This document shows, in pieces, positions 1 through 13,083 of a stretch of DNA of 64,000 nt (positions are counted from its first letter, which is position 1; each line of letters starts with the position of its first letter). Source of the DNA: Octopus sinensis. Its lineage: Eukaryota. Under the pieces are notes generated by a model that saw nothing but the letters and a program-made list of their open reading frames with translations, had not been told where the DNA came from and did no database searches. Both the position numbers and the translations under genes were made by a program. Location: assembly GCF_006345805.1 (NCBI RefSeq), contig NW_021833065.1, positions 434,001 through 498,000 on the forward strand, given 5' to 3'.

Positions 1-419
1 GAAGTTCAACAAAAATTAGTCAAATAAAATAATGACTAAAAATGCTTGTGTCCTCAAAAACCATCTACACCCCATATATATCTTTATTGAAGTCAACCAT
101 TACATTGTCACACATGATTGGAGATTTCAAAAAAATAATTTTATGCTTGAAACAACCAGCTAAATAGGGGTGGTAAAATCAGAATATCATTAATGTTGAT
201 CAAAGGAAAAGATATAAAGAAATTTTTTTATATAATCAGAATAACCTCAAAACAGCGGGGGAAACTGCTTAAAGTTTACTGCATGTAATAATTGTGAAAT
301 CTTGTGGAGGATCAACCATTTATATTAATTTATTATGATAGAGCATTATTTACATAAAATTATTACAGATACTACTTTGTATTATACTCCCACAGATACA
401 CGGTAAACTGATTTCCTCA

Positions 420-920
420 AATGTCCCAGTCCAGTGGCTCTCTAGAAGTAGTAGATAACTTTTGCTACCTAGGTGACCTAATTAACAATGGGTGGAAGTT
501 GTACAGAAAGTGTAATTTCAAGAATAAGATGGAGAAAGTTCAGGGAGCTTTTACCTCTCTTTGAGTGAATGGAAGATGGTATGGTGCATGTATACCATCT
601 TCCATTCCATTAAGGTGGCAAGCTGGCAGAAACGTTAGCACGCTGGGCGAAATGCATAGCCGTATTTCGTCCGTCATTACGTTGTGAGTTCAAATTCCAC
701 CGAGGTCGACTTTGCCTTTCATCCTTTCGGGGTCGATAAATTGGGTACCAGTTACGTACTGGGGTCGATGTAATCGACTTAATACCTATGTTTAGCCCCT
801 TGTAGGTAATAAAGAAATAGGTATGATGCATGTATACAAACTGCAATGCTGCATGATAGTGAGACATGGTCCCTGAATACGGAGGACCTGCAAAAGTTGG
901 GGAGGAATGAAGCTGGTGTA
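420..920 (+). mobile_element. Degenerate RTE-clade LINE RT fragment, interrupted by a SINE
   Basis: ctagaagtagtagataacttttgctacctaggtgacc and gcaatgctgcatgatagtgagacatgg match the LEIVDSFHYLGD and AMLHGRETW segments of the RTE copy at 13972-14757. Confidence 0.7.
613..820 (+). mobile_element. tRNA-derived SINE (family A; central gtcgactttgcctttcatcctttcggggtcgataaa domain)
   Basis: A-box-like agctggcagaa and B-box-like gagttcaaattcc; the same sequence recurs about 10 times in the window. Confidence 0.85.
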
Positions 921-1033
921 CCTTTCAAATCCAGGCTACTATGTCTCCTTCACCATAGAAAGCTCTGATGACATCACTGCCAATCCAAATCTTCGCTGCC
1001 ATCATATATTAAGGGGTCAATGATATCTGTATA

Positions 1034-2408
1034 TGGTTGCCGAAATAGCTTGTCATGTGTGGCAAATGAAAAGAGGTTCACCTCGCGATAGGGGTTGTGT
1101 TAGAAATCAGAGGTGCTGAAGTGGAGGATGTGGCCTGGCTTCGAAAAGCAGACAAATACGACCACATCAATATCACTGAGTTGGGCGCAGTGCTGAAGGG
1201 AGTGAATATAGATTTGAAATGGGGGCTGTACTCCATTGAAATCCTGATGGATTCGGTCACCGTGCTTGGCTGGGTAGGGTTGGTGATCACTGACAAGAAG
1301 AGGGTGTGAACCAAAGGGGCTGCAGAAATGTTAGTGAAGTGCTACCTAGGGTTTCTAGGAGAGCTGATTGGTGAGTTCGGCCTGAAGCTGAATGTGGTCT
1401 TTGTACCTTCTGAGAGAAACAAGACAGACGTTCTAACCAGAGTAAAAATGGCCTGGTTAGGGGAGCCAGAAGAATCGAAGCAAGGGGTAGCTGCAGTGTG
1501 TCAGTTAAATGACACTTGACACCAATGTTACCAGACAGAGCATCCAAAAGGTGGTCAGGAACTGCAATAGGTGTCAATCCATCGACCCTGCTCCAGGTGT
1601 GCATGAGCAGGGAAACATTTCAGTAGAGCACAACTGGAAACAACTAGCAGCGGATGTAACACACTACCGGAAGGGGGCGTGTCTTTCAATGGTCAACTGT
1701 GGGCCGGGCTGGATGGCCATTTGGAGGGAATTGAGGGCAGGCACTGCGGACAAGATGGCATGTATTCTAAACAAGGTATTCTTAGAGCAGGGCCCTGCGG
1801 ATGAATTGCTGGTGGACAACAGCACAGCGTTTTGTTTGGAGGTGCTGAAGGAGATGCTTGACAGGTGGAAAGTGCACTGCTTTTTCAGAGCAGAATACAG
1901 ACTAAGTGGAAATGGGATTGTGGAGAGACATCATTGAATGATCAAGGCCAAGGTGGAAAAGGGGACATATCTCACCGCTGGAAGCAGTTTTCTTGTACAA
2001 CATGAACCAGGGTAGGCCGAAAGAGTCCGTACAACATAGAGCGATATTCAAATATGAATAGCAGTATCTGATTAAACCATTGAGATGCCCTGTAGAAGAA
2101 AGAGGGCCCGTCTTTGTGGAGGTAGGAGATGAAGTCTAGGTCAAGCCACCAAAGGCACACTGCACAACTCAGTGGAACAGAGGAATAGCAACGGTTGTCA
2201 ATTCCAAAAACATTTCTGTGGATGGAGTGCCACATCATGTCTTAGATGTTTGTAGGATTGTTGCTTCATCAGATGATGATTCTGGGGAAGAGGAAGGGAA
2301 TGAGGTTCCCAGTTTAAGAAGATCATAATGTGCAAGTTACTCACCTGAGTGGGTGGTAGATTTCGACATGGAGTGAAGTAAGGAGGTGATCTTTGAGATC
2401 AGGGGGCA
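1034..2408 (+). pseudogene. Decayed Ty3/Gypsy LTR retrotransposon pol (RNase H + integrase)
   Basis: Broken ORFs 1097-1937: INITELGAVLKGVN..DSVTV (RNase H-like), VVRNCNRCQS (integrase Zn-finger half), LAADVTHY / LLVDNSTAF / SGNGIVERHH (DDE core); stops and frameshifts; purine tract agggggca just before the LTR. Confidence 0.8.
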
Positions 2409-2695
2409 TGTGGGGATGAACCAGAAGAAGAGGATCATGATGTCAATGGTCAAGGGACTGGCCGGAAGAAGAAGCGCAAGAGGGGGAGTGGGGGGGAGAG
2501 GCAAGGCTCAGCCTCTTCTTGCCAGGTAGAGGCATCGTGAATGGACGTCAAGGAATTCACTCCCGGGTTGGTCAGATAGCAACTGCTTATACTGGATGAC
2601 AGAGGAAGGACAGAATCGCCGGAGAGATTACTACTAGACAGGCAAAGACAGGAGAGGAAGGTAGGTGAGCCTCTTTTCATTTCCCATGCACGACA
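2409..2695 (+). mobile_element. 3' LTR of the Gypsy relic
   Basis: Starts TGTGG directly after the purine tract and ends CGACA, where an RTE-tail sequence resumes. Confidence 0.55.
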
Positions 2696-2812
2696 GAAAC
2701 CAAACCAAAACAGACTATGGAACCTGGTGCAGCCCCTAGCCTTGCCAGTTCCTATCAAACGGTCCAACAAATGCCAGTATGGAAAATGGATGTTAAATGT
2801 TGATGATGATGA
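2696..2812 (+). mobile_element. RTE LINE 3' tail fragment
   Basis: ggaacctggtgcag...ccaac..atgccagtatggaaa..gttaaa followed by a (gat)n tail; family shared across the window. Confidence 0.7.
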
Positions 2813-3268
2813 TTCACTTAATCATCATACACCCCAATGTCACTAAAGAATACGATCCCTTTAAGATGGTAAGTTTGCGTTTATTGTCAAAGAATATATC
2901 ATTATGGCATATAACTGTCAGAATGTTACCGTTGGTTTCACACCGAATCTTACAGTAACATTTTAACCAGTAATATACTGACAAAATAAACTATACTCAC
3001 TCTTTTGCTGATATTTATAATACTGTAATTTCTAGCCAATGGACAATTAATTGATTTTTATAAATGTATACACACAGAGAAGCATTTCCGAAAAATCTTG
3101 TCGTAACGTGAAGCTTATTTTCTGTTAACTTACAAGTCAACGAGGGACACGTTTCACCCTATGAAATTCAACGTTATACCAATGATTTAAGGAATGCAAC
3201 ATTTCCGTATTGTGGAGATGCAAGCAAATGTATTTGTGAGCGTGCGCTGAATTGGTATCGAGCTCAAG

Positions 3269-3416
3269 CAATCTTGGGCAAACTGCGGCCAGCGGGACTT
3301 TCTAAATGGCAAGCCGAAACTAGAAATTACCTTGAATTTCTTCTAGTAATGCGGCCCGCCTGATGAGGAGCTCAATCTTATGCTGCATACTTTTCGAAAA
3401 AGGCTGTTCACGCCTG
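3269..3416. mobile_element. Degenerate hAT-like MITE
   Basis: ca..ttgggcaaactgcggcc...gcggcccg...aaggctgttcacgcctg ends resemble hAT-type CAG..GGGCAA/TTGCCC..CTG termini. Confidence 0.4.
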
Positions 3417-4489
3417 ATCTAAAGCAAAGTAATCTCTGAGTAACACACCCACAGAGAATTGGCTGTGTCCATTCTAGGAAAAGTACTCCCAAATGTTTGA
3501 CGCAGTGGGGCTCAACTATGAAGCGATCTACGAATCGAAATTAAAATATCTAAATTTTTGTCTGACTACAATAGGCAAAGCATTAATATTTTGAAAAGTC
3601 TCAACATAAATCTCACCACACCCGGAGGGCTACGAAGGTCACGGGTACTACACCTTTCCAAAAAAAAAAAGGGTGACCCATAAAATTTACATAGAATATA
3701 AGAAAAACTCAAGTAATGTCAGAAGTTAATAACGTAAAAATAATACACGGCAAGAATATTTTTCCAGCAAGATACGAATGGATAATATTGCAAACAACAG
3801 ACACAGTAGTTTTGTACTTACATTTTGTTTGTCTTTACTGATAGCGGCGTGCCTCAAGTAATGATCACTTCTCACCCTTCATCTCCTCAGAATAAATTAA
3901 GTAGAGCGATTTAAATGGGGCCCATCAATGTAGTCAATTCATTGGATTGCTCAAAATTATGACTACTATTATCAACATAAATAATGAATAAAAACAATGT
4001 GTTATAGTTTCGCAGTTGACTGATCGTCGCATGGTTTCGATTTTAAAACAAGGTCAATTCAACTAACATGTGTAAGTAAACATCAGCGGTGTTCAAGGAA
4101 ACTATTCCCGTTTGATTTCTATTTCGCCCTTATATAATTTTTTTTGGCGCAACATGTGGAACTCGCGGCAGTGTGTTGTACGATTTCGTTTTTGTGCTAC
4201 AATTCACATAGAATATAAGAAAAACTAGTTTTATAATTATTTACTTGGTTTGTTCCGGTATTACTAAAATGTTTCAAGAGAGATACCGACCTAAAAGTTG
4301 ATTGAAATTATTCAGCACACGTAATAATCATGATTAGTGGTATTAAAATATATAAATGACTTTCACGCGCCTTTGTTTATCTGATAGCAAGAAATTTACG
4401 ATAACCCTCCTCGTGTTTAGGTTTATAATAGATTAAGCGATAATTTTTGTGAAATCAAACAACTAGCATTCAAATGTAAAAGAGTCAAC

Positions 4490-4693
4490 GAATCTTTTCA
4501 TTTTCGTCGCCTGTTTTTTCAAATTTTTCCTACTGAACCAAACAATTTGAAACTTCGTATACTGGTAGAATGTGTCAAAAGTAAACTTAATTGTAAACCA
4601 GAATGAAAACGGAATTGTACCAGTACACGAAGCTTCAAATTATTTAGTTAACTAGAAAGATCTGACGTCCAGGCGACGAAAATGAAAAGATCC
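4490..4693. mobile_element. MITE with 24-bp TIRs and 8-bp TSD (Merlin-like)
   Basis: TIRs gaatcttttcattttcgtcgcctg / caggcgacgaaaatgaaaagatcc; TSD GAGTCAAC at 4482-4489 and 4694-4701. Confidence 0.85.
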
Positions 4694-5224
4694 GAGTCAA
4701 CAAATAAGAAAGTAGCATTTTAGAGTTGGTCTTATATTTTTATTTGGTTTTAATGTTTCTTTGCATTTTAATTACAGTAAGTCAAAAGAAGTACAGTTGC
4801 CATGAATATGTGTGAGATCAATGCAGTCCACATTCATTTTGAATTGCTGTGAGTCGACGTCAGCTGGAAAGCGTAGATTCCGAAAAGATGTAGCTAAATG
4901 CGCTGGTTTTGATTTATAGCAGGATATTTCTAAGTTCTGAAATTTACAATAGTTAAATAGAATAAACTTAATGACCTGCAATTACTGATCTTGGCGGGAC
5001 GAAGTTCAATCTCTGAATGGCACATCACCACCATCTCTCTATTGCTCTCTCTTCTCCCTCCCCCTTCTCTCCTTTTCTTTCTCTCTGACTGGGTAAACAT
5101 GTATCTCCTCCACAAGACACCTGTTTCTGTCCTGTTACACTCTAACCTCCTATCACCTGGCACAAGGCCACCTCCCCCAATTCTCCTATTCTCAATGGAT
5201 TTTTGTCTTGCAACTTATTTGGTG

Positions 5225-5484
5225 TCCCCGCCAGTGCTGGTGTCACGTAAAGAGCATCCATTCCACACTGTAAAGTGGTTGGCATTTTGGAAGGGCATCC
5301 AGCTGTAAAAACCATGCCTGTGCTGGTGTCACGTAAGGCGGTTGGTGTTAGGAAGCTCATTGAGACATAAAAACTTGCCAAAGCAGACAATGAAACCTGG
5401 TGCAGTCTTCTGGCTTACTAGCTTCTGTCAAACCATCCAACCCATGCTAGCATGGAAAGTAGACGTTAAAGGATGATGATGATT
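5225..5484 (+). mobile_element. RTE LINE 3' UTR/tail fragment
   Basis: ggaagggcatccagctgt...ccaacccatgctagcatggaaagtagacgttaaa followed by (gat)n. Confidence 0.75.
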
Positions 5485-6029
5485 CATTCAACTGATCCTT
5501 CACAAAAATTTGTGACCTTGTGCTTAACGTTACATTTTCGTTATTCTACATTAAAATCCTTCCATGTAGAATCAACTTCAGATGTAAATTATTACTTCAT
5601 TTGTCTCAGATTTTTCTGGTTAATAATATCCTTGTTGAGAACGGTATCTCTTAAATAAAACTGTATAGTTTCCAAACATCTGAAGCCCATCATTTGTGGC
5701 TTACATTAAGGAAGTATAACTACATACAGCTTATAATTTGTTTTTCAAAAGTACATATCAACACCACTCTATAAATAGAACTGGATCTCCAGAGAAGACC
5801 TGTCATCAAATAAATGTGGAACCTATCCTCATAAGTAACACAACAAAAGATTACTCTATTTGGTGGCAAGATACCAAGACCATGTACTTTCAAATGATAT
5901 ACTTACAGAGTTCCAAATAGGGATTATCAATAACTGCAGGTTCTTCCTCCCAACCACTTGTCTCAAAAGACCTGTAAAAGGCCTTTGAATTTATTTTCTT
6001 AAACATTTCTCATAATAACAATAATTACA

Positions 6030-8250
6030 TACTGAATCTTATGAATGCCTATGGATTCATGCCACATAGGTTAATTGAGAAGGCTCTGAACAGACACCAT
6101 GTCCCAAACAGGTTTAGAGATCTAATTCTGGACTATTACAACAGCTTCAGTCTGATAGTCATTGCTACTTCTACAACAGTGGCACAACTTGGAGAAAGGC
6201 ATTATCACTCAATGTACCATTTCAGCGACCCTTTTGGTGCTTGCAATGAACATGTTGATAAAGTCAGCAGATGTACAGAGTTGAGGGTCATTCACCATGT
6301 CTGGTGTTCAACAGCCTTCTGTTTGAGCCTTTATGGCTGACCTAACTATGACATCAATCAAAAGGTGCAGGAGGATCCTGAAGAGCTTTGAAGAGTTGAC
6401 CTGGACACGCATGAGTTTCAAGCCAGTCAAGTCGAAAAATCTTGTGCTGAAGAAAGGCAGAGTTAGAAGAATGTTCAGCTTCACAGACAATAGCATTCAG
6501 ATAATATCACCCCAAAAACAAGTGAAGAACCTAGAAAAAGTGTTTAACAGCAACGTTAAAGACACATCATCTATGTGTGAAACCAACAAGGTATTGGAAG
6601 CCTTTTAGCTATCCACAATGGATGTGTAGGAATACGACCGTATGTGAGGAAGTTGGTGACATAGGTAAGTCACACGGTCACATCCCTAACAAAATAAGAT
6701 AAGCCATAAATACAATTTATACAATACAGTGCCAACAGAATATAAATGAGTGATGACAAGCCGTTCCACTGTTTGAGGGAAGATAAGATTTTATTTGTGC
6801 TAGCAAGTGTTGTGTATGTGTGCATGCAACAAGTGTTTGTGTCTGTGTGTTCGTGTGTGTGATAGATACAGATAAGGTGAATGCGTATGACACAGAAATA
6901 CAGAGCATAGAGTTAATGATGGAATTTGGATTACAGTTCATAAGGTACATGATATGCAAGAGTTCTCTAACAAGATGTTGTGTCTCGGGCGGAGACCGGT
7001 TGGGCGAATATTGTCATGCCACGGTTGTGGTCTCAATCGCCGAGCTGGTTCTCTTAATATAGAATTCTTCAGATTGACTGTTTTACTTGGTGAAAGGATT
7101 CACTCTAACAGCGTGGGTCTGTGAAGTTGGTGTGTACATATCTGAAGTGGATGATGGTAATGGCGACAGTGGTAGAGACGACTTGAAGTTGGTACAATGA
7201 TGGTGACGACGGCGGCGGAGATAGAAGACGTTCTGCTGCAGGTGTACATTAGCGTCATTGTAGCTGAAGCAGGAACATGGCTGGTCGTCTGTTGCTGGAA
7301 CTGGAACATGTTGAGTAGCTCTGTGGTCAGTGACTAGACCTCAAAAGGTCTGGAGCCGAAAGACCAAGTATACTGAGAACAATCCCTTATATACAAGAAA
7401 GATGGCTCAACAGAGCCTAGGAAAAAGGGTGTCACGAGACCTTAACCAAAGGCCGTGATTGGTTGGCTTTGGACAGTGGCGCGAAATAAGTAGAGACAAA
7501 TCGCGCCACATGTCAACCAATCAGATCAGTGGACACAACAGGAAAAACCCAGACAAAGATGGCTGTAATCTCAAATGAGATCATTCCTGCCGTGTCTTTC
7601 AAACAGTGAGGATAACAGATGCATTAGATCTTCCTGGTAAGTTTATGATCTAGATTTTCCAACATGGCATCCATCCATGGATTCTTTGGCAACTCTTTGT
7701 ACATTAGGTCCCAATATCTGCAGTGAGGAGAGTTAGTGGGTTTCTGCAGAAATGGCTAGGAGTTCCTCAGTGCCTGAGCATCACTGCCCTGAACAAGTTG
7801 AAGCTCCTCAATAACCTGAGAGAAGAATTCAAAATGACCCATGCTGGGGAGATGTTGCAATACCTAGACCCCTGCTACCATAAAGTCTGTCAGGTATTGA
7901 GTTCAGAACAGGATGGAAATGGAGGCTGTCTTGACTGTTTTGCTTTCAGTTTTTCATATGAGGGCTCAATTTCTTAACTGTGAGCTTGCAGTGATTGCCT
8001 TTGTTGCAAAAAGAATAGTGGAATATACCTTTCGCAAACCACCAGACATCCACCATAAACTTTTGGGAATAGCAGTTGCTTTGGAAAATGTTCTGGAGAC
8101 TCGTCTGCAGCTAACTATTGTCAAACAATTTCTGTTTCTCGTCAAAAGTAATGACACAGTGCAAAAAATACTTTTACTGTGGACCAGCAGAGGTGCCTGG
8201 TGCTACTCAGGTATTGTATGGAAGCAATACCATGCAGTAATGTACTGATT
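6030..8250 (+). pseudogene. Decayed Hero (R2-group) non-LTR retrotransposon RT, split by a solo LTR
   Basis: NAYGFMPHRLIEKALNRHHVP..LILDYYNSFSL, RMSFKPVKSKNLVLKKG, resuming as LDLPGKF..FQHGI..ILW at ~7625 and LETRLQ at ~8095; motifs recalled as typical of Hero-clade RT/RLE ORFs. Confidence 0.7.
6625..7617 (-). mobile_element. Solo LTR (993 bp), probably Gypsy-type
   Basis: TGT...ACA ends; 4-bp TSD GATG at 6621-6624 and 7618-7621; the host LINE frame rejoins when it is removed; minus-strand TATA (~7386-7392), CCAAT (~7457) and AATAAA (~6789). Confidence 0.85.
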
Positions 8251-9475
8251 GTAGTGTATATAAACTAACAAAATAGGAATCATTTCCATTAAAGTAGGAG
8301 TAACAGTAAAAGTTTTTTTGTCACTTCAAAGCCTCAGGGCAACAAATATTCTTGGTTTTGCTCTGTGGAACTATGATTGAAGAGGCCATCAGGGTTTCTG
8401 ACTCTTGAAGTCCCACGATGAAGCTGATCATGTGAAAAGACAGGTTTTTCAATTGGTCTGTTTATTTACCAAGTTCAGTCTAGCAACTTTCAAAAATTGT
8501 CCCTAGAGATGGTCATAACAAGAAACTGAAGCTTTTTAAGAAATTCAAGCTGTGAAATCAGTTGATTTCGCAGTTAACCAGGAAATGAAACAATTGTATC
8601 CATCCTATTTTCCTGAGATGATTTGATAGTGACTTTTGTGCCATTCCAAAGGATTAAGATCTAGACTATGGTCTAATGGAAATTCTGTTATTTTTTTTTT
8701 ACCAGGTCTAGTTAGCTACCATGCAGTTGTCTCATTTGTTGGTTCATAAATGTACACATACATAAGACAGTAGAGTGTAGTTTAAAGGAGATATGGGTGA
8801 TATTTGTAGTAGGATGAAATAACTTGTACAGGCTCCCACGTTAGTGTATACAAAAATATGTACATACATAAGTCAGTAGGATATGACAAGAGGATTATCT
8901 GGTAACTGTTTCAAGCAGACCAAGCTACCACAGTAGCCTCTCTTATTGGCTTATACAGTTTTCTAAAAAAAAATTTTAATGCAACAAAATTGCCTTCCAA
9001 CTAAAGTTTTTTAAAAAATATTTTGTTTGTTTCCTCAGTATTTGAATGTATATGTCATATAAATTATATTGGGAAATGTGTAGAAGATTGTGGCATAATA
9101 ACCAAAAAATGAGGAATGTATAAAAAATATCATTGTTTACTTGAAATACCCAAAGGAAAACAAAACGAAAACAAAATTTAGTATTTAATCGGAAGTACAT
9201 GTCGTCTGGTTTGGTTACGGTGTTAGGTCAAAACAATAGACAAAATAAATCAATCAGCAAAAGACCAGTATTTATTTAGGTATACCCAACTTTTTTAAAA
9301 AAGAAATTGAGCCTTATCAAAGAACTTAAATAAATGCTAATAAACAAAGTAAAGAAGATAATGCTGGCGAGAAATTCTATACTAATCAATGTAAATCTCT
9401 TGGATAACACGGGGAACACTTTGACATATGACACCGCTTTACTAAACCCACAACATTTGATTCAACGACGAGAAA

Positions 9476-9600
9476 ATGTCTACGACAGGTATAGAGGTAC
9501 GACGTCCGTATCCCAGTGTTGCTACCATATGGGTAGCCGAACTTTTAGCTGCAGCAAACAAGAAAGTGGATGATGTAGAAAACAGAAAAACTTACGAAAG
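9476..9600 (+). CDS. Lysine-rich uncharacterised protein, exon 1 of 6 (286 aa total)
   Basis: aaaATG start; MSTTGIEVRRPYPSVATIWVAELLAAANKKVDDVENRKTYE; donor AG|gtaatt; phase 2 joins exon 2 in frame. Confidence 0.75.
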
Positions 9601-10251
9601 GTAATTTGTTAAAGATCATCTAAAAATCTTGCCATGTGTTGCGATGAGCTATGATTTTCATTACTTTTTTTATTTGCGCACTTTCGATTTTTACGTTCAA
9701 TATATATGTTAATTTTTTGTTATTTTCATCTAATGATTTTTTATATTTTCCATTGAAAATCGACATGCAGTTTATAATTGTTTTGCTGTTTGTCATATCA
9801 TACTTATCACTCGTGATCAAGTTGACAAAGTAACAAATATAACCATGTGGAAATAAAATATCTCTTCTTTACAAACTTTTTGTTTTTCGTTTAAAGCAAT
9901 GATTAATTTTTATGAAGTGAAAGTAAAGTCAATGAAGTAAATCTAACAAACAGTTTTAAAAATTTAACAATGGAAATAATGTTATGAAGATTACGTGAAA
10001 AAGGTTTAATCTAATTTTACGATCTTCGCTTGGAAAATGGAATAATAACATTCGGAATTCTTCGTCTTTCAGCTGAATATTTTTACGTTTTAACATCTCG
10101 ATTGCTTTAGTAGATGGTAATAACTCAGAAACAGCGATCAAAATAGAGTTAAATTTTTAAATATTGATATCTGCTGTTTAAACCTTTACTTTGATGAAGA
10201 ATTTACTGCATATTTCATATTATTTACATTAATAAATATCATCATTTGCAG

Positions 10252-10370
10252 TATCAATAAAATGTTTGGTAAAAGTCCTTCAAACCATGAAGCAGTGCCA
10301 ATGAGCCTTGAAGACAAATTTACCCACAAAATAATTAAACATAAAAGAAAACTTGAACAAAAGGAAAAGG
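10252..10370 (+). CDS. Lysine-rich protein exon 2
   Basis: ttgcag acceptor; SINKMFGKSPSNHEAVPMSLEDKFTHKIIKHKRKLEQKEK; G|gtaagt donor. Confidence 0.85.
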
Positions 10371-11274
10371 GTAAGTAATATCATTTTGTATCACACAGAT
10401 TGACTGGATAAAGTTCTGTTAACCTCTCAGGCTGGAGGCTCATAATGTCCTGTCACATCCTGGTTGGTAGTTAATTCTAAATGGTTAGAAATAGTTATTG
10501 AATCTGAGTAGATTTAAGATAAATTCATCAGTGTCATTTTGAAAGTCAGCTGTGTTGTTCTTAACATTCACCGACGAATAAATAATCAATATCTTCTTAT
10601 TCAACAGTTGTTAACAGATGTTCTTGCAAATCACTGACTTGTTGGTGTACAACAGAACCCATTACCCTTCTGTAGTTTAATCCAAGGCCATCTCTTCCAA
10701 ACTAGATTTATGCGATATAAATTTAACAATGTAAGCTAGTGAAATACTTGTCTTATATTATGCTCTTACAGACTGCATCTCATGGTACCCGTATAAAGTT
10801 GGATTATTGAACCAGTGATATTGTCTTGGCCATGGCTAATGCACACTGCTTGCGATGAGAACCTTTGATCTAACAGTTGGTGGTCTAGCAGCATGGCCAG
10901 TGTACATTAAAATTATTTATAACACACATATTTTATAAAGATCAAATGTCATTGATTTTCACAAATAATTGAAAAGTTATCATACTATTGCATATTGCAT
11001 ATTCTCTTTAATAACAACTTCACTTCAGTTATTTAAACATGACTAACAAAACCAAGTTTTCATGCGATTGAAGAGAAAAATACTCTGGAGTAGATTCATA
11101 TGGCCTTCTCTTAGCCCACAATACTGCAAAATAAAGAAACTCTTGTTCAATTTTAGATATTCAGTCTATTTGGTTGGTGAGATAGTTGACACTAGCTGAT
11201 TGCTGCATCTTCTTCATATTCCAGTAGAAAATTATCTCTTGTTACTTCTGTCATAGACAATATGAGGACTGATT

Positions 11275-11468
11275 GTAATGCCGGTGGCACGTAAAAAGCA
11301 CCGACTACACTCTCGGAGTGGTTGGTGTTAGGAAGGGCATCCAACTGTAGAAACTCTGCCAGATCAAGATTGGAGCCTGGTGCAGCCATCTGGTTCGCCA
11401 GCCCTCAGTCAAAATCGTCCAACCCATGCTAGCATGGAAAGCGGACGTTAAACGATGATGATGATGAT
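11275..11468 (+). mobile_element. 5'-truncated RTE LINE tail insertion with 18-bp TSD
   Basis: TSD acaatatgaggactgatt at 11257-11274 and 11469-11486; (atg)n tail. Confidence 0.85.
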
Positions 11469-12839
11469 ACAATATGAGGACTGATTTTATTTATTAAATT
11501 ATCTAAACAAAGAGAAAAAAAAACAAACTTGCAAGTGACTTTGATATGGGAGCTTCCTGGAAAATAAGCTGACTCTGTACAGATCAAAAATATGAAAAAT
11601 AAAATGACAAAGCTTTGGAAAGAGTTAACAGTAGCTATCAGGAATGTGGCACAAGTAAATCTAAAAACCTAACAATGTAATAGTTTCAATGATAATAGTA
11701 ATAATAAATGACTTGCAGGATCTGTGATTATTTCACAGAATTAATGATAAGCCTATTGGGTTATTTCTGAAAACTTTATCCAAAAAACCTGAAAGCTTAG
11801 CCTGTGTTGTGTCGGTATGGAAAGATAGTCACTCATCTACTACTCATTGAAAAATGAAAGAAACTGAAATACAATGATTACTTGATGCACTTTATATACT
11901 TTATGCAAAATTTTATAGACTTAATACACAACACTCATAAAATAAGTATTCACTCTTATTTTTTCATTTTTCCAGTAAACCAAAAAAATATCCCATACAT
12001 ATGATATAACCTTTAGTTAAATTGCATATATCTGCATGTAAATAAGCAGGAATATTTCACAGAATTGCATTTATGCGCATGCATTAAGTGATAGGTGATA
12101 TAAAAAACTTAGTTAAATTTTTTAAAAAATACACTTTTCACGATCCAATCACCACTGCCATCTCCACCACTATCATCTCCCCCCCTCTCTCTCTCTGCTT
12201 TTCTTTAACATCACCCCTCTGCTAAAATTATATTTTTAACTCTACTCCTCTATATGATTACTACCTTCAACTAACTTTTTTAATCATGTAATAAATATTG
12301 TTCCCCTACTTTACATTGGATGCTTCTCTCTCCCTCTTTTTCTGTCTCACTTTTCACCTTATCCTCTTTTTCTTTCATGTAAAAGTGTTACAATTACATT
12401 CCCTCTACCTCACACTTCTTTCTCTCTCTTTTCCTCTAATCATGTGAAAGTGTTTCTGATGGGCTAAGTAATGGAATGACAAGCAGAATTATAAGATTTT
12501 TCTCATATTAGCATAAAGTGAAACATCTGGAAGAGATTGGTAAAGATTCTTGAATCATTTTCAGTTCATGCCATCCATTTATTTTATCAAGTGTAGAATG
12601 ATAAAAAGCAAAGTTGTTCCCTGAAGGATTTGAATGCCATGCTGATAATAATGACAATGATAGTAATTATTTTGTTGAAGTTAGTCTTTTATAATTGAAC
12701 GTGATATACTCCTACTGGTTAGCATGAAATTCTTTCTTGTTTATTCACGCAAAAAAGAAAAGGAATATTTCTCATTAAAATATATACAATTGTTTAGAAA
12801 GAAAATCTTAAATGGTTACTTTGTCATTTGTTTTGTCAG

Positions 12840-13083
12840 AAGTTGAAAATGCTGCTAAGAAAAGAAAGAAAAAAGCTGATACTATATCAAATAGTCTCAG
12901 CAAAACAGAGTTAATTGCAAAGAAGAAAAAAACACCAAATATTGTTAATGGAACCAAGTCAAAGAGCGAGACAAATTCAGTGAATACAGTGGAGAACATC
13001 AAATTGAGACTTGAGAAAGATACTTTATCACGGTCAGCAAGAAAAAAGCTTCGACGGAAATTAAAAGGATTACTGAATAAAAG
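12840..13083 (+). CDS. Lysine-rich protein exon 3
   Basis: ttttgtcag acceptor; EVENAAKKRKKK...SRSARKKLRRKLKGLLNK; AG|gtaata donor. Confidence 0.85.

Noticed and set aside
613-700. tRNA gene
   Set aside because: Box motifs only, no cloverleaf; it is the head of a high-copy SINE
3355-3405. ctgatgag ... cgaaa, a possible hammerhead
   Set aside because: No convincing stem II between the boxes and no UH/stem I closure; it lies inside a hAT-like MITE
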